This document shows, in pieces, positions 23,700-32,171 of a stretch of 64,000 bases of DNA (position 1 is its first letter; each line of letters opens with the position of its first letter). Below the pieces are notes generated by a model that was not told where the DNA came from, made no database searches, and was given only the letters and a program-made list of their open reading frames with translations. The stretch covers positions 4,245 through 68,244 of the forward strand of contig CAJWVY010000001.1 of assembly GCA_913048135.1 (NCBI GenBank). The letters are read 5' to 3'. The DNA comes from an uncultured Verrucomicrobiales bacterium (GTDB taxonomy: Bacteria > Verrucomicrobiota > Verrucomicrobiia > Limisphaerales > UBA1100). The position numbers and the translations under genes are program-made.

Positions 23700-24484
23700 T
23701 CCCCATCAAGGACGAGCATCAACTGGCGGCCATGCGTGAAGCCGGCCGTATCGCAGCCAACGTGTTGCGGGATGCTTGTGAATGGGTGAAAGCGGGAATC
23801 ACGACCCGTGAGTTGGATGAATATGCCGCCAGCCGCATCCGGCATTACGGATGCAAGAGTGCGTTTCTCGGATACGAGGTGCAGGGCAGGAAGTACCCCT
23901 GCAATGTGTGCATCTCGATGAACGAGGAAGTGGTGCACGGTTTGGCCGGGAAACGGAAAATCGTGGACGGTGACATAGTAAGCATCGATGTCGGTGTTTG
24001 CGTGGAAGGGTTCATTGGCGATAACGCGCGAACGGTGATCGTCGGTGAGTGTCCTGAAGAAACTCAAAAATTGATTGAAGTGACTCAGGAAGCCCTGTAT
24101 GATGGAATTTCTCGCGCGTTACCCGGAAACCGGGTGGTAGATATCTCGGCTGCAGTGCAGAATCGAGTGGAAGCCAACGGGTTTTCGATCGTGCGTGAGT
24201 TTGTTGGACACGGTGTGGGAGAGGTGGTTCACGAGGAACCGCAAATCCCCAATTACGTGACCGGCGGAGACTCTCCGGAGTTGCGGCCCGGCATGACCTT
24301 GGCGATTGAGCCTATGGTCAATGCAGGGACGCCGAAAGTGAAGTTTCTGCCAGACGGCTGGTCTGTGGTGACACGGGATGGCCGGCCTTCAGCGCATTGG
24401 GAACACACCATTGCGGTGACTGAAGGCGAACCGGAAATTTTGACATGCCCGGGGCCGAGCCCATCCGAGTCGAGGGCCGAATAG
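23696..24484 (+). CDS. map: Type I methionine aminopeptidase
   Basis: Metal-ligand blocks DIVSIDVG, FVGHGVG, LAIEP, HWEHTI. ATGA overlap with the secY stop. Confidence 0.93.
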   Translation: MIPIKDEHQLAAMREAGRIAANVLRDACEWVKAGITTRELDEYAASRIRHYGCKSAFLGYEVQGRKYPCNVCISMNEEVVHGLAGKRKIVDGDIVSIDVGVCVEGFIGDNARTVIVGECPEETQKLIEVTQEALYDGISRALPGNRVVDISAAVQNRVEANGFSIVREFVGHGVGEVVHEEPQIPNYVTGGDSPELRPGMTLAIEPMVNAGTPKVKFLPDGWSVVTRDGRPSAHWEHTIAVTEGEPEILTCPGPSPSESRAE

Positions 24485-24681
24485 TCGAGGTTCTGTCGCA
24501 CCGTCTGGTGCGCGCCGAACTGAGCAACGGCCACCGCCTGATGGGGCACAGCACGCGGGCCACCAGCGATGTGTTGGTGGACGCGCAACTGGGCGAAACG
24601 GTGGTGCTCGAAGTGAGCACCTTTGACCTTTCCAAGGGAAGGGTCATGGAACGGAAAATAAAGAACGAGAACGAACAATGA
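24445..24681 (+). CDS. infA: Translation initiation factor IF-1-like (divergent)
   Basis: 78 aa. [12 protein letters not shown]...VRAELSNGH...FDLSKGRV aligns with the E. coli IF-1 S1/OB fold as I recall it. Sits between map and rpmJ. Its 5' end overlaps map by 40 nt. Confidence 0.7.
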   Translation: MPGAEPIRVEGRIVEVLSHRLVRAELSNGHRLMGHSTRATSDVLVDAQLGETVVLEVSTFDLSKGRVMERKIKNENEQ

Positions 24682-24791
24682 AAGTACGCGCCTCAGTAAA
24701 GAGATTGTGTGAAAACTGCCGGGTGATCCGGCGGAAAGGTGTCGTGCGCGTCATTTGCACAAATAAGCGCCACAAACAGCGTCAAGGTTAA
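24678..24791 (+). CDS. rpmJ: 50S ribosomal protein bL36 (Cys/His zinc form)
   Basis: Not in the ORF track (37 aa). My translation is [41 protein letters not shown] overlap with the infA stop. Confidence 0.93.
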   Translation: MKVRASVKRLCENCRVIRRKGVVRVICTNKRHKQRQG

Positions 24792-24794
24792 GCT

Positions 24795-25208
24795 ATGCCC
24801 CGTATTTTAGGAATCGATATACCCGCCAATAAGCGCATCGACATCGCGCTCCGGTCCCTCTATGGCATCGGCCCGGCCACCTCCGCCAAGGTGTTGGAAA
24901 ACGCCAAGATTGATCCGGCTACCCGCGCCCATACCTTGAGCGAGGACGAACTGGCCACCATCGCTAAGGCCATTCAAACCACCGAGATGCGTCCTGAACA
25001 GACCCGCACGGATAATTGCGTGATCCTCGTGGAAGGTGATCTGCGCCGGAAGGTGACCGAAGACCTCAAGCGCCACAAAAACATTAAAACTTATCGTGGA
25101 CTGCGGCACATGCGCGGCCTGCCCGTGCGCGGGCAACGCACTCAGACCAACGCCCGTACCCGCAAGGGGCCGAAGAAGACCGTAGGCGCCCAGAGCAAGA
25201 AAGCCTAA
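24795..25208 (+). CDS. rpsM: 30S ribosomal protein uS13
   Basis: MPRILGIDIP..., YRGLRHMRGLPVRGQRTQTNARTRKG. 137 aa, with a short insertion near TTEMRPEQTRTDNCVI. Confidence 0.95.
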   Translation: MPRILGIDIPANKRIDIALRSLYGIGPATSAKVLENAKIDPATRAHTLSEDELATIAKAIQTTEMRPEQTRTDNCVILVEGDLRRKVTEDLKRHKNIKTYRGLRHMRGLPVRGQRTQTNARTRKGPKKTVGAQSKKA

Positions 25209-25229
25209 TCCTTTACCTGAACAACCATC

Positions 25230-25787
25230 ATGGCTGAAGAAAAACAAGATCCCGCAACCGAGGAACCTCAAGCCGAGGCCGCGCCGGCCGCAGAGAAGCC
25301 CGAGGCCGCCGCTGAGGCTATTCCGGCCGAAACCGCTCCTGCCGCCGAAGAGGAGTCCAAGTCCTCCGCGCCCACCGCGGCAGAACTGTTGGCGGACGAT
25401 TTTGGCGATACCAAGGTCATTAAGGCCAAGAAGTCGAAAAATGTGACGCACGGGATTGCGCACATTCGCGCCACCTTTAACAACACTCTGGTGACCATCA
25501 CCGACATGCAGGGCAACCCGATCAGCTGGTTTAGCGCCGGCCGCGCCGGATTCAAGGGCTCCCGTAAAAGCACGTCCTACGCCGCGACGCAAGTGGCCCA
25601 GCGTGCTGCCCGCGATGCGCAATCGCACGGCCTCAAGGAAGTGGAAGTGCGGATCAAGGGACCGGGCTCCGGTCGCGAATCGGCCATCCGTGGCCTGCAG
25701 GCAGCCGGTCTGGATATCACCACAATCAAGGATGTGACGCCCGTGCCGCATAACGGCTGTCGTCCACCCAAGCGCCGTCGCGTCTAA
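25230..25787 (+). CDS. rpsK: 30S ribosomal protein uS11 with ~55-aa acidic Ala/Pro/Glu N-terminal extension
   Basis: Core [18 protein letters not shown]...[18 protein letters not shown]. 185 aa, versus about 129 aa in E. coli as I recall it. Confidence 0.94.
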   Translation: MAEEKQDPATEEPQAEAAPAAEKPEAAAEAIPAETAPAAEEESKSSAPTAAELLADDFGDTKVIKAKKSKNVTHGIAHIRATFNNTLVTITDMQGNPISWFSAGRAGFKGSRKSTSYAATQVAQRAARDAQSHGLKEVEVRIKGPGSGRESAIRGLQAAGLDITTIKDVTPVPHNGCRPPKRRRV

Positions 25788-25813
25788 TACTCACCCGTAA
25801 TTTTACCGATACT

Positions 25814-26422
25814 ATGGCACGTTATACAGGTCCCCGCGTTCGTTTAAGCCGCCGCTTTAACACTCCGCTGTTTGGCTCCTCGAAATATCTCGAGCGAAAG
25901 CCTTACCCGCCGGGTGTGCATGGACAGAACCGCCGTCGCAAGGCCACTGATTACGCTCTCGCGTTGGCCGAGAAGCAGAAGATGCGCTACTACTACGGCC
26001 TGATGGAGAAGCAGTTTCGCGGCATCTATGAGAAAGCCATCCGTCGACGTGGTGTGACCGGTGAGATCATGCTGCAGATTTTGGAGACGCGTCTAGATAG
26101 CGTGGTGCATAATCTTGGATTTGGTTACACCCGTGCTCAAGCCCGCCAGATGGTGACCCATGGTCACGTGTTGGTGAACGGCAAGCGCGCCCGCACTCCG
26201 TCCATCGCCTTGCACGAAGGAGATAAGGTTGAGATTAAGCATTCTGAGAAGAGTCGCCACTTGGCCGACAAGAATCTCGAGTACTCCACGAGTCGCACCG
26301 TACCGGAGTGGCTGGAGTTGGATAAGGCTGCCTACACCGGCTCCGTTAGCCGGATGCCCACGCGCGAGGACATCGAGCCCGTGGCAAACGAGCAGACCAT
26401 CGTTGAGTTTTATTCCCGTTAA
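25814..26422 (+). CDS. rpsD: 30S ribosomal protein uS4
   Basis: MARYTGPRVRLSRRF..., S4 RNA-binding domain RLDSVVHNLGFGYTRAQARQMVTHGHVLVNG. Confidence 0.96.
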   Translation: MARYTGPRVRLSRRFNTPLFGSSKYLERKPYPPGVHGQNRRRKATDYALALAEKQKMRYYYGLMEKQFRGIYEKAIRRRGVTGEIMLQILETRLDSVVHNLGFGYTRAQARQMVTHGHVLVNGKRARTPSIALHEGDKVEIKHSEKSRHLADKNLEYSTSRTVPEWLELDKAAYTGSVSRMPTREDIEPVANEQTIVEFYSR

Positions 26423-26462
26423 TCCCTGTGCCCGGGTGGGCCGAGGAATCAGCAATTATACG

Positions 26463-26495
26463 GACCGCAAATATGCGGGAATGAAGTTTGCGGTC
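26463..26495 (+). promoter_or_regulatory. 9-bp stem-loop in the rpsD-rpoA spacer
   Basis: GACCGCAAA (26463-26471) pairs perfectly with TTTGCGGTC (26487-26495) around a 15-nt loop. No T-tract follows. Function unknown. Confidence 0.3.
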
Positions 26496-26525
26496 AGATT
26501 AAAATTGCAACCAAAGTAAGAAAAA

Positions 26526-27617
26526 ATGCCAAAACGTTTAGGAGCATTCGAACGGCCAAATCGGCTGAAGAAGGAAGAGGAAACGGCAACCGAGACCTAC
26601 GCTAAGTTTGTCGCGGAACCGTTTGAAATCGGCTATGCCCATACCATAGGCAACAGTATGCGCCGCGTGCTGCTATCCTCACTGGAAGGCGCCGCTATCA
26701 CGTCCCTCAAGGTGGACGGAGCCCAGCATGAATTTGCCGCCATCGAAGGCGTGGTAGAGGACATGGCGGAGATCATCCTTAACCTCAAGCAGGTGAAATT
26801 CAAAATTCACGAGACCCGCGACCCACAGGTATTGTTGCTCTCCGTGAATAAGTCCGGCGCCGTGACCGCGGCCGATATCGAACTGAACCACAACGTGGAG
26901 CTCGTGAATCCGGACCAACACATCTGCACGCTCGACAAGAAAAAGAAATTTCTTATGGAACTCACCGTCCAAGTGGGCCGTGGATTCCTGACTGGCGACG
27001 ACAACAAGACCACCAACCAGCCGATCGGCGTGATTGCCATCGACTCCATCTTCTCGCCCGTGACCCGCGTGCGCTACGATGTGGGCAACGCCCGTGTCGG
27101 CCAGCGCACCGATTACGACAGCTTGGCTTTGGAGATTTGGACCGATGGCCGCATCACGCCGGATGACGCCGTGAATCAGGCCAGCCAGGTGCTTATGCAC
27201 CAGCTCGAGGTGTTCGTGAATTACGACAAGGACGCCATTGAGTTTGAAGAGGAGAAGGAGAACCAGACCGAGGAGCAATCCGAACTCAAGCGTCTGCTTG
27301 CCATGAGCGTGAACGAAATCGAGTTGAGCGTGCGCGCGGCCAACTGCCTCAACAACGCCAATATTACCAGCGTCGGCCAACTGGCCACCAAGTCCGAGGC
27401 CGACATGCTTAAGTACCGTAACTTCGGTAAAAAGTCCCTGAACGAGATTAAGGACAAGCTCGTGGAGTTGGGGCTGGGACTGGGCATGACGTTCGACGAG
27501 AGCGTACTCGATCCCGCAGATCTGATCAGCAAGCCGAACAGCTCCGGTGGGTCTCCGAGCATTTTGTTTGAAGACGACGGCGAGCCGATTGGCACGGGGT
27601 CTTCGCTGCTAGACTAA
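26526..27617 (+). CDS. rpoA: DNA-directed RNA polymerase subunit alpha
   Basis: IGNSMRRVLLSSLEGAAI in the N-terminal domain. C-terminal domain ELSVRAANCLNNANITSVGQL...NFGKKSLNEIKDKL. Confidence 0.96.
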   Translation: MPKRLGAFERPNRLKKEEETATETYAKFVAEPFEIGYAHTIGNSMRRVLLSSLEGAAITSLKVDGAQHEFAAIEGVVEDMAEIILNLKQVKFKIHETRDPQVLLLSVNKSGAVTAADIELNHNVELVNPDQHICTLDKKKKFLMELTVQVGRGFLTGDDNKTTNQPIGVIAIDSIFSPVTRVRYDVGNARVGQRTDYDSLALEIWTDGRITPDDAVNQASQVLMHQLEVFVNYDKDAIEFEEEKENQTEEQSELKRLLAMSVNEIELSVRAANCLNNANITSVGQLATKSEADMLKYRNFGKKSLNEIKDKLVELGLGLGMTFDESVLDPADLISKPNSSGGSPSILFEDDGEPIGTGSSLLD

Positions 27618-27635
27618 TTACCTGAACCAAGCACC

Positions 27636-28385
27636 ATGCGCCACCGTATTCGCAAAGCCAAACTGGGCCGCACTACCGAGCATCGCACCCGCATGCTCAA
27701 CAACCTAGTATGCAGCCTCATCAAGCACCGCCGCGTCACCACCACCCTCGCCAAGGCCAAAGCCGCCCGTGTGGTGGCTGACAAGATGGTGACGCTTGGC
27801 AAAAAAGGCCAGGCCGACGGAGCGGGCCTGCAATACCGCCGCCTCATTGCCGCGCGATTGCAGCAAAACCCCCGCAGCTTTTTTCCGAAGAAAAACGGTG
27901 TGTTAGGCCGCGAACAGCGCGCTTATTGGCGGGAGAACGAGGACGTGGTCCGCATTCTGTTCGAGGATATTGCGCCCGTCTTTGAAAACCGCAATGGAGG
28001 ATACACCCGCGTCATCAAGCTCGGCCGCCGTAAGGGTGATGCCGCCGAGATGGCGATCTTGGAATGGGTGACTGATGCCGACAGTGCCGCGGCTGATGAA
28101 GATTCCGTTGCCAAGGATCAGCCGAAGGCTGAAGCGGCGACTGCACCAACAGAGGAAACCGCCGAAGAGCCGGTTGCCGAGGCAGAAGCAGACGAAAAGA
28201 CTGCGGAAGCCACCGCCGAATCCACCGAGGAGGCCAGCGCTGAAGAGGCCGCTGCCGAGGAGGAAACCGAGGAAACCGAGGAAGCAGAGGCTGCAGAGGC
28301 TGCAGAGGACGAAACCGAAGCCGCAGACGAGAAAGCTGCCGAAGAGGAGCCCAAGGCTGAGGAGGAGGACAAGAAGTCCGAATAA
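27636..28385 (+). CDS. rplQ: 50S ribosomal protein bL17 with ~100-aa acidic C-terminal tail
   Basis: MRHRIRKAKLGRTTEHRTRMLNNL and GGYTRVIKLGRRKGDAAEMAILE core, followed by an Ala/Glu/Thr-rich tail to 249 aa. Confidence 0.94.
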   Translation: MRHRIRKAKLGRTTEHRTRMLNNLVCSLIKHRRVTTTLAKAKAARVVADKMVTLGKKGQADGAGLQYRRLIAARLQQNPRSFFPKKNGVLGREQRAYWRENEDVVRILFEDIAPVFENRNGGYTRVIKLGRRKGDAAEMAILEWVTDADSAAADEDSVAKDQPKAEAATAPTEETAEEPVAEAEADEKTAEATAESTEEASAEEAAAEEETEETEEAEAAEAAEDETEAADEKAAEEEPKAEEEDKKSE

Positions 28386-28406
28386 CCCGCTCATCCAGAG
28401 AATTGC

Positions 28407-28432
28407 AACCCGCCCTTTGGGGCGGGTTTTTT
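28407..28432 (+). terminator. Rho-independent terminator closing the r-protein/rpoA cluster
   Basis: AACCCGCCC (28407-28415) / GGGCGGGTT (28420-28428), a 9-bp perfect stem with a 4-nt loop, running into a T-run (28427-28432), 22 nt after the rplQ stop. Confidence 0.85.
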
Positions 28433-28483
28433 ATTGGGCAAATTCGTTGAATCGGTATCATTTTACGAACTCACCTGCGCCTT

Positions 28484-30403
28484 ATGAATTTCGCTGATTA
28501 CCTCGTACTCTTTATCTACTTCTCCGGCATGGCCGCCATCGGTATCTGGGCCATGCGCCAGGTCAAAGCTCAGGAGGATTATTTCATGGGCGGCCGAAAA
28601 TTCGGCAAGCTCTTCCAAACCTTCGCCGCATTTGGAGCGGGCACCGGTTCGGCCGATCCGGTCAATACCGCGCGCGGCACCTTTGCCAACGGCATGAGCG
28701 GCATGTGGGGCGTGATGTATTGGCTCTTTGTCACGCCCATCTATTGGATTAGCGCTGTGTGGTACCGTCGCATGCGTTGCCTGACCTTGGGCGATTGGTT
28801 TACCGAACGCTACGAATCCAAACCAATGGGCGTCGCCTACGCAATCTTTGGCTGTTTTTATTACATCGTTTACGGCGCCATGCTCTTCACGGCCATCGGC
28901 AAAGTGGGCGTGCCCTTGTTGGGCGAGGAATTGATGGGCACCAAAACGGAGTACGTGCTCGTGCCGTTGGTGGCGGTGATTGTGATGATGTACGGCGTGC
29001 TGGGCGGTATTACTGCGGCGTACTGGACCGATCTGATCCAAGGTATTTGCATCATTCTCCTGTCAATCCTGTTGATTCCCTTCGGTCTCAACGAGGTGGT
29101 TAAACGCTTCGGCGCTCCGGGCGATTCCTGGACGGATGGTTTCCGCGTGATGCACGAGCAGTTACCGGCCTCCACCTTTGAGATTGTGGGCGGCAGTGCC
29201 GCTAGTGAATTTCCGCTCTATGCCATCATCACTATTGTCATCATGAACATGATCGGCATTGTGCTCACGCCTCACTTCATCGTCACTGGCGGTGGCTCGG
29301 CCAAGAGCGAACACGATGCCCGCGTTGGCCTGGTGACCGGCAACTTCATCAAACGCTTCTGCACCATTGGTTGGGTGATTACCGCTTTGATTGTGCTGAC
29401 TCTGTACGGCGATAATGCGGCGCTGATCGGAGATGCGGATATGGCCTGGGGCGTGGCGACCCGGGAACTCCTCGGTCCTCTGGGGATCGGGCTGGTGGGC
29501 CTGATGCTGGCCTGTTTGCTGGCTGCGTTGATGAGCAGTGTGGATTGCTACATGCTCGTTTGTTCGGCGTTGGTTGTGCGCAACATTTATGTGCCTTATG
29601 GCAACCCTAATGCTTCTGAGCAGGAATGTCTGCGGCTCGGTCGGGTCACCGGCGCCATTGTCGTGCTGGGTGCCGTGGTGGTGTCCGTGACCATGCTCGA
29701 TATGTTCAAGCAACTGGAGCTGACTTGGATTGTGCCCATGACCTTTGCGGCACTGTTCTGGTTGGGCATGTACTGGCGCCGCGCCACCACTAAGGCGGGC
29801 TGGATCACCATTGTGTTTTGTCTGCTGAGTTTCTTCGTGTTGCCACGTGCAATCCCAGCGGTGGCCCCGGAGTTACGCACGAACGAAGCTTACCTAGCTG
29901 TAAACAGTCCGGAAGGGGCAGCGGGCGGTCAATCGATTTACTGGACCGGCGGGGTGAAGGAAAACGAAGAAGAGGGAGGCGACAAGATTGGGCAAGGCTC
30001 ATTCCGGTTTGACATGGTGATTTACGACAAGCTGCTCGGGCTGGATCTGACCCAATACCGCAAGGCCGCGCTGAAGACGCTGGAGTTTCCATTCAAGATC
30101 ATCGCGCCGTTTTTGGTGATGATCATTGCCAGTCTACTGACGCAGCCCAATAGCAAGAAGGCGCTGGATCGGTTGTATGTGAAAATGAAAACGCCCGTGG
30201 ATCCGGACCCGGAAGGGGACGCGCGCGAGATCGATGTGAGCTATGCGCGGCCGGATCGGTTTAATGATCGGAAACTGTTCCCGGGTTCCAACTGGGAATT
30301 CGAGCGGCCGACCAAGATGGATTTCTGGGGATTCGTGGGGTGCTTTGTGATCTGTTTCGCAATCATCGGCGTAGTCCTCTGGGTGGCCCGGATCGGGACA
30401 TAA
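28484..30403 (+). CDS. Sodium:solute symporter family (SSF) transporter
   Basis: 639-aa polytopic protein. The N-terminus DYLVLFIYFSGMAAIGIWA...DYFMGGRKFG is typical of SSF. Substrate not inferable. Confidence 0.75.
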   Translation: MNFADYLVLFIYFSGMAAIGIWAMRQVKAQEDYFMGGRKFGKLFQTFAAFGAGTGSADPVNTARGTFANGMSGMWGVMYWLFVTPIYWISAVWYRRMRCLTLGDWFTERYESKPMGVAYAIFGCFYYIVYGAMLFTAIGKVGVPLLGEELMGTKTEYVLVPLVAVIVMMYGVLGGITAAYWTDLIQGICIILLSILLIPFGLNEVVKRFGAPGDSWTDGFRVMHEQLPASTFEIVGGSAASEFPLYAIITIVIMNMIGIVLTPHFIVTGGGSAKSEHDARVGLVTGNFIKRFCTIGWVITALIVLTLYGDNAALIGDADMAWGVATRELLGPLGIGLVGLMLACLLAALMSSVDCYMLVCSALVVRNIYVPYGNPNASEQECLRLGRVTGAIVVLGAVVVSVTMLDMFKQLELTWIVPMTFAALFWLGMYWRRATTKAGWITIVFCLLSFFVLPRAIPAVAPELRTNEAYLAVNSPEGAAGGQSIYWTGGVKENEEEGGDKIGQGSFRFDMVIYDKLLGLDLTQYRKAALKTLEFPFKIIAPFLVMIIASLLTQPNSKKALDRLYVKMKTPVDPDPEGDAREIDVSYARPDRFNDRKLFPGSNWEFERPTKMDFWGFVGCFVICFAIIGVVLWVARIGT

Positions 30404-30429
30404 AAAAGGCGGGCCAGTCATGGCCCGCC
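30402..30429. terminator. Hairpin between convergent genes; the A-tract on + gives a U-tract for the minus-strand transcript
   Basis: AAAAAA (30402-30407), then GGCGGGCC (30408-30415) / GGCCCGCC (30422-30429) with a 6-nt loop. As an intrinsic terminator it best fits the minus-strand NRAMP-like gene, and may also pause + transcripts. Confidence 0.6.
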
Positions 30430-30446
30430 GTAAAGGGGTAGCTGCG

Positions 30447-32099
30447 TTACTCTTTCAGTTTGGTTTCAATCCGATCGAGCTTCTGGTTCAACTTGCGGTA
30501 ACAATGACCGCCCAGAGCCAGTAGTAGGAAGATGCCCACGGCGTACACGCCCGTCCACTTCACCTTGCTCCAGATGGACCACGCGGCGCCGATGGTGGAG
30601 GCGAGCAGGGCGAGGCCGATGGCGAGGTTCAATGCCACGCGCTTGCCACCCTTGGGCAAGGCGTCTCCCAGCAGTTCCTTGCTGTTGATCATGCAGAAGA
30701 ACGTGAAATAAGCGATGGGCAGCAGCACCATACCGAACACACTGGTGGGTACAGCGAGCAGGAACTTGGCATCCGCGTTGCCCCACAGGAACAGAAAGCC
30801 GAGTGCGCCGGTGATGCCCGGTAGCACGGAGCCGACCTTGTGAATGGGGCCGCCCATTTCTGCCCCGAGCGCTTCGGTAAGACAGAAGCCGTTGATCAAC
30901 ATGAGAATGATGATTGTGGAAATGGCCATGCCGACTACGCCGATGCCGAAAATGGTTTGGGAAACGGCCTTGTTGCCGGTGAGTTTTTCCAGAGAACCGG
31001 CCAGTTGGAAGGCATCACGGCTCACCAGCATGGCAGCAAGTTGCTGGTCGGTTTCATTGGGTTCCTTACCTTCGCCGATGTGAGTTTGGAACGCTCCCAG
31101 ATTTTTGTTGTAGCCTCCCTGAAGTTTTTCGGTCAATGGAGTGGCCTTACTGGAATCGATCAGGCCTTCATCAAATTTACCGTGGAATTGGCTGGCCGAA
31201 GCGATCATTACGCAGGTGGTGGCGAGGAAGAACGGCAAAAACAAGCCGATGCCCAGATCGAAGCTGGCCAAGCCGCGATGTTCGCGTCCCCAGCCCTTCC
31301 GGAGCATGGAGTAGGGGAGGAGGAAGGTCATGTTAATGCCCACAGCCGTGGCCGCGGCGGTCACCATGCGGTCTCGTTGAGAGCCGAGAATGGTTTCATT
31401 CCAATAAGTGGGATCGCTGGAATTAGCGATGACCTCCTTAAACTTATCGGCCGGTTGCGAGAGCAGTGAAAAATCTGGGATAAAGCCTGAGAAGATGGCG
31501 CCCCAATCGAGGTTGCCGGCCATAACCGCCACCACGCCAAAGAAGCTGAGGACCACCACGCCAACCATTACTTTTAGGATGAGGTCAAAATATTTAACCG
31601 CCTTGCTGTCGTAGAGCAGGACCACCACCGTGCCGATGATGAAAAGCAAAACGGCACAAAGTTTGTCTCCGCCTTCGCCAGTGAATACTCCCAGATTCTG
31701 CTGCAGGGCTGCGGTGCCCAACGAGAATTGCGGCATGGCCCAGACAAGGTTCGCGAGCATGGCGGCAATCAGCCAGCCCCATCCGAGCACGGGATTGATG
31801 TGTTCGTTAATAGCCTGAAAGGGCTTCTTGCCGGTGGACAGGGTAACGTAGCCGATCACCGAGAGCATTAGCACGCCAAGGATCATCATGATCGGCTGCA
31901 ACCAAAGTAGCTGGGTGCCGCCGATCACGCCGAGGTACAGGCTGCCCGCCAGGGAGCCGCCGCCGAGAGTGATGGCGCCTTGGAGCCAACCTGGGCCGGA
32001 TAGCTTGGTGTAGGTCAGAAGTTTCTCGGAGGTAGGGGCGTTCTCGACGCTCTTGAGGATTTCCTTCTCCTTGGCCAGGGAATCATTCGTCTCGCTCAT
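30447..32099 (-). CDS. NRAMP-family-like metal ion transporter
   Basis: 550-aa polytopic protein. N-terminal LSGPGWLQGAITLGGGSLAGSLYLG resembles the Nramp GPG(F/W)L...signature. Assignment from remembered motif only. Confidence 0.55.
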   Translation of the reverse strand: MSETNDSLAKEKEILKSVENAPTSEKLLTYTKLSGPGWLQGAITLGGGSLAGSLYLGVIGGTQLLWLQPIMMILGVLMLSVIGYVTLSTGKKPFQAINEHINPVLGWGWLIAAMLANLVWAMPQFSLGTAALQQNLGVFTGEGGDKLCAVLLFIIGTVVVLLYDSKAVKYFDLILKVMVGVVVLSFFGVVAVMAGNLDWGAIFSGFIPDFSLLSQPADKFKEVIANSSDPTYWNETILGSQRDRMVTAAATAVGINMTFLLPYSMLRKGWGREHRGLASFDLGIGLFLPFFLATTCVMIASASQFHGKFDEGLIDSSKATPLTEKLQGGYNKNLGAFQTHIGEGKEPNETDQQLAAMLVSRDAFQLAGSLEKLTGNKAVSQTIFGIGVVGMAISTIIILMLINGFCLTEALGAEMGGPIHKVGSVLPGITGALGFLFLWGNADAKFLLAVPTSVFGMVLLPIAYFTFFCMINSKELLGDALPKGGKRVALNLAIGLALLASTIGAAWSIWSKVKWTGVYAVGIFLLLALGGHCYRKLNQKLDRIETKLKE

Positions 32100-32171
32100 A
32101 AGACAGGCGAGAGTGAACGGGTTTTTGCCCGAAAAAGAAAGCCTGAATTGGGTTGCTGGCCGCGCGGGCGG

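Noticed and set aside
24807-25751. 314-aa minus-strand ORF spanning rpsM and rpsK
   Set aside because: It crosses two conserved r-protein genes and their spacer on the opposite strand. It is Gly/Arg/Leu-rich with no domain signature, so I treat it as a shadow ORF.
28385-28484. Considered the end of the ribosomal cluster as a possible genomic-island or mobile-element boundary
   Set aside because: I found no tRNA, integrase, transposase, or inverted or direct terminal repeats anywhere in 28-64 kb. The downstream genes are ordinary transporters and metabolic genes of similar composition.
27903-28497. Three overlapping ORFs (163 aa and 148 aa on minus, 140 aa on plus) over the bL17 tail region
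   Set aside because: They are generated by the low-complexity GAA/GCC-rich DNA encoding the acidic tail. Their translations are simple repeats (LG/FG or P/R/K-rich). The bL17 frame is continuous with the conserved core.
30840-31469. 209-aa plus-strand ORF opposite the NRAMP-like transporter
   Set aside because: The minus frame encodes a continuous, hydrophobic, polytopic protein. The plus-strand translation is not membrane-like and lacks motifs.
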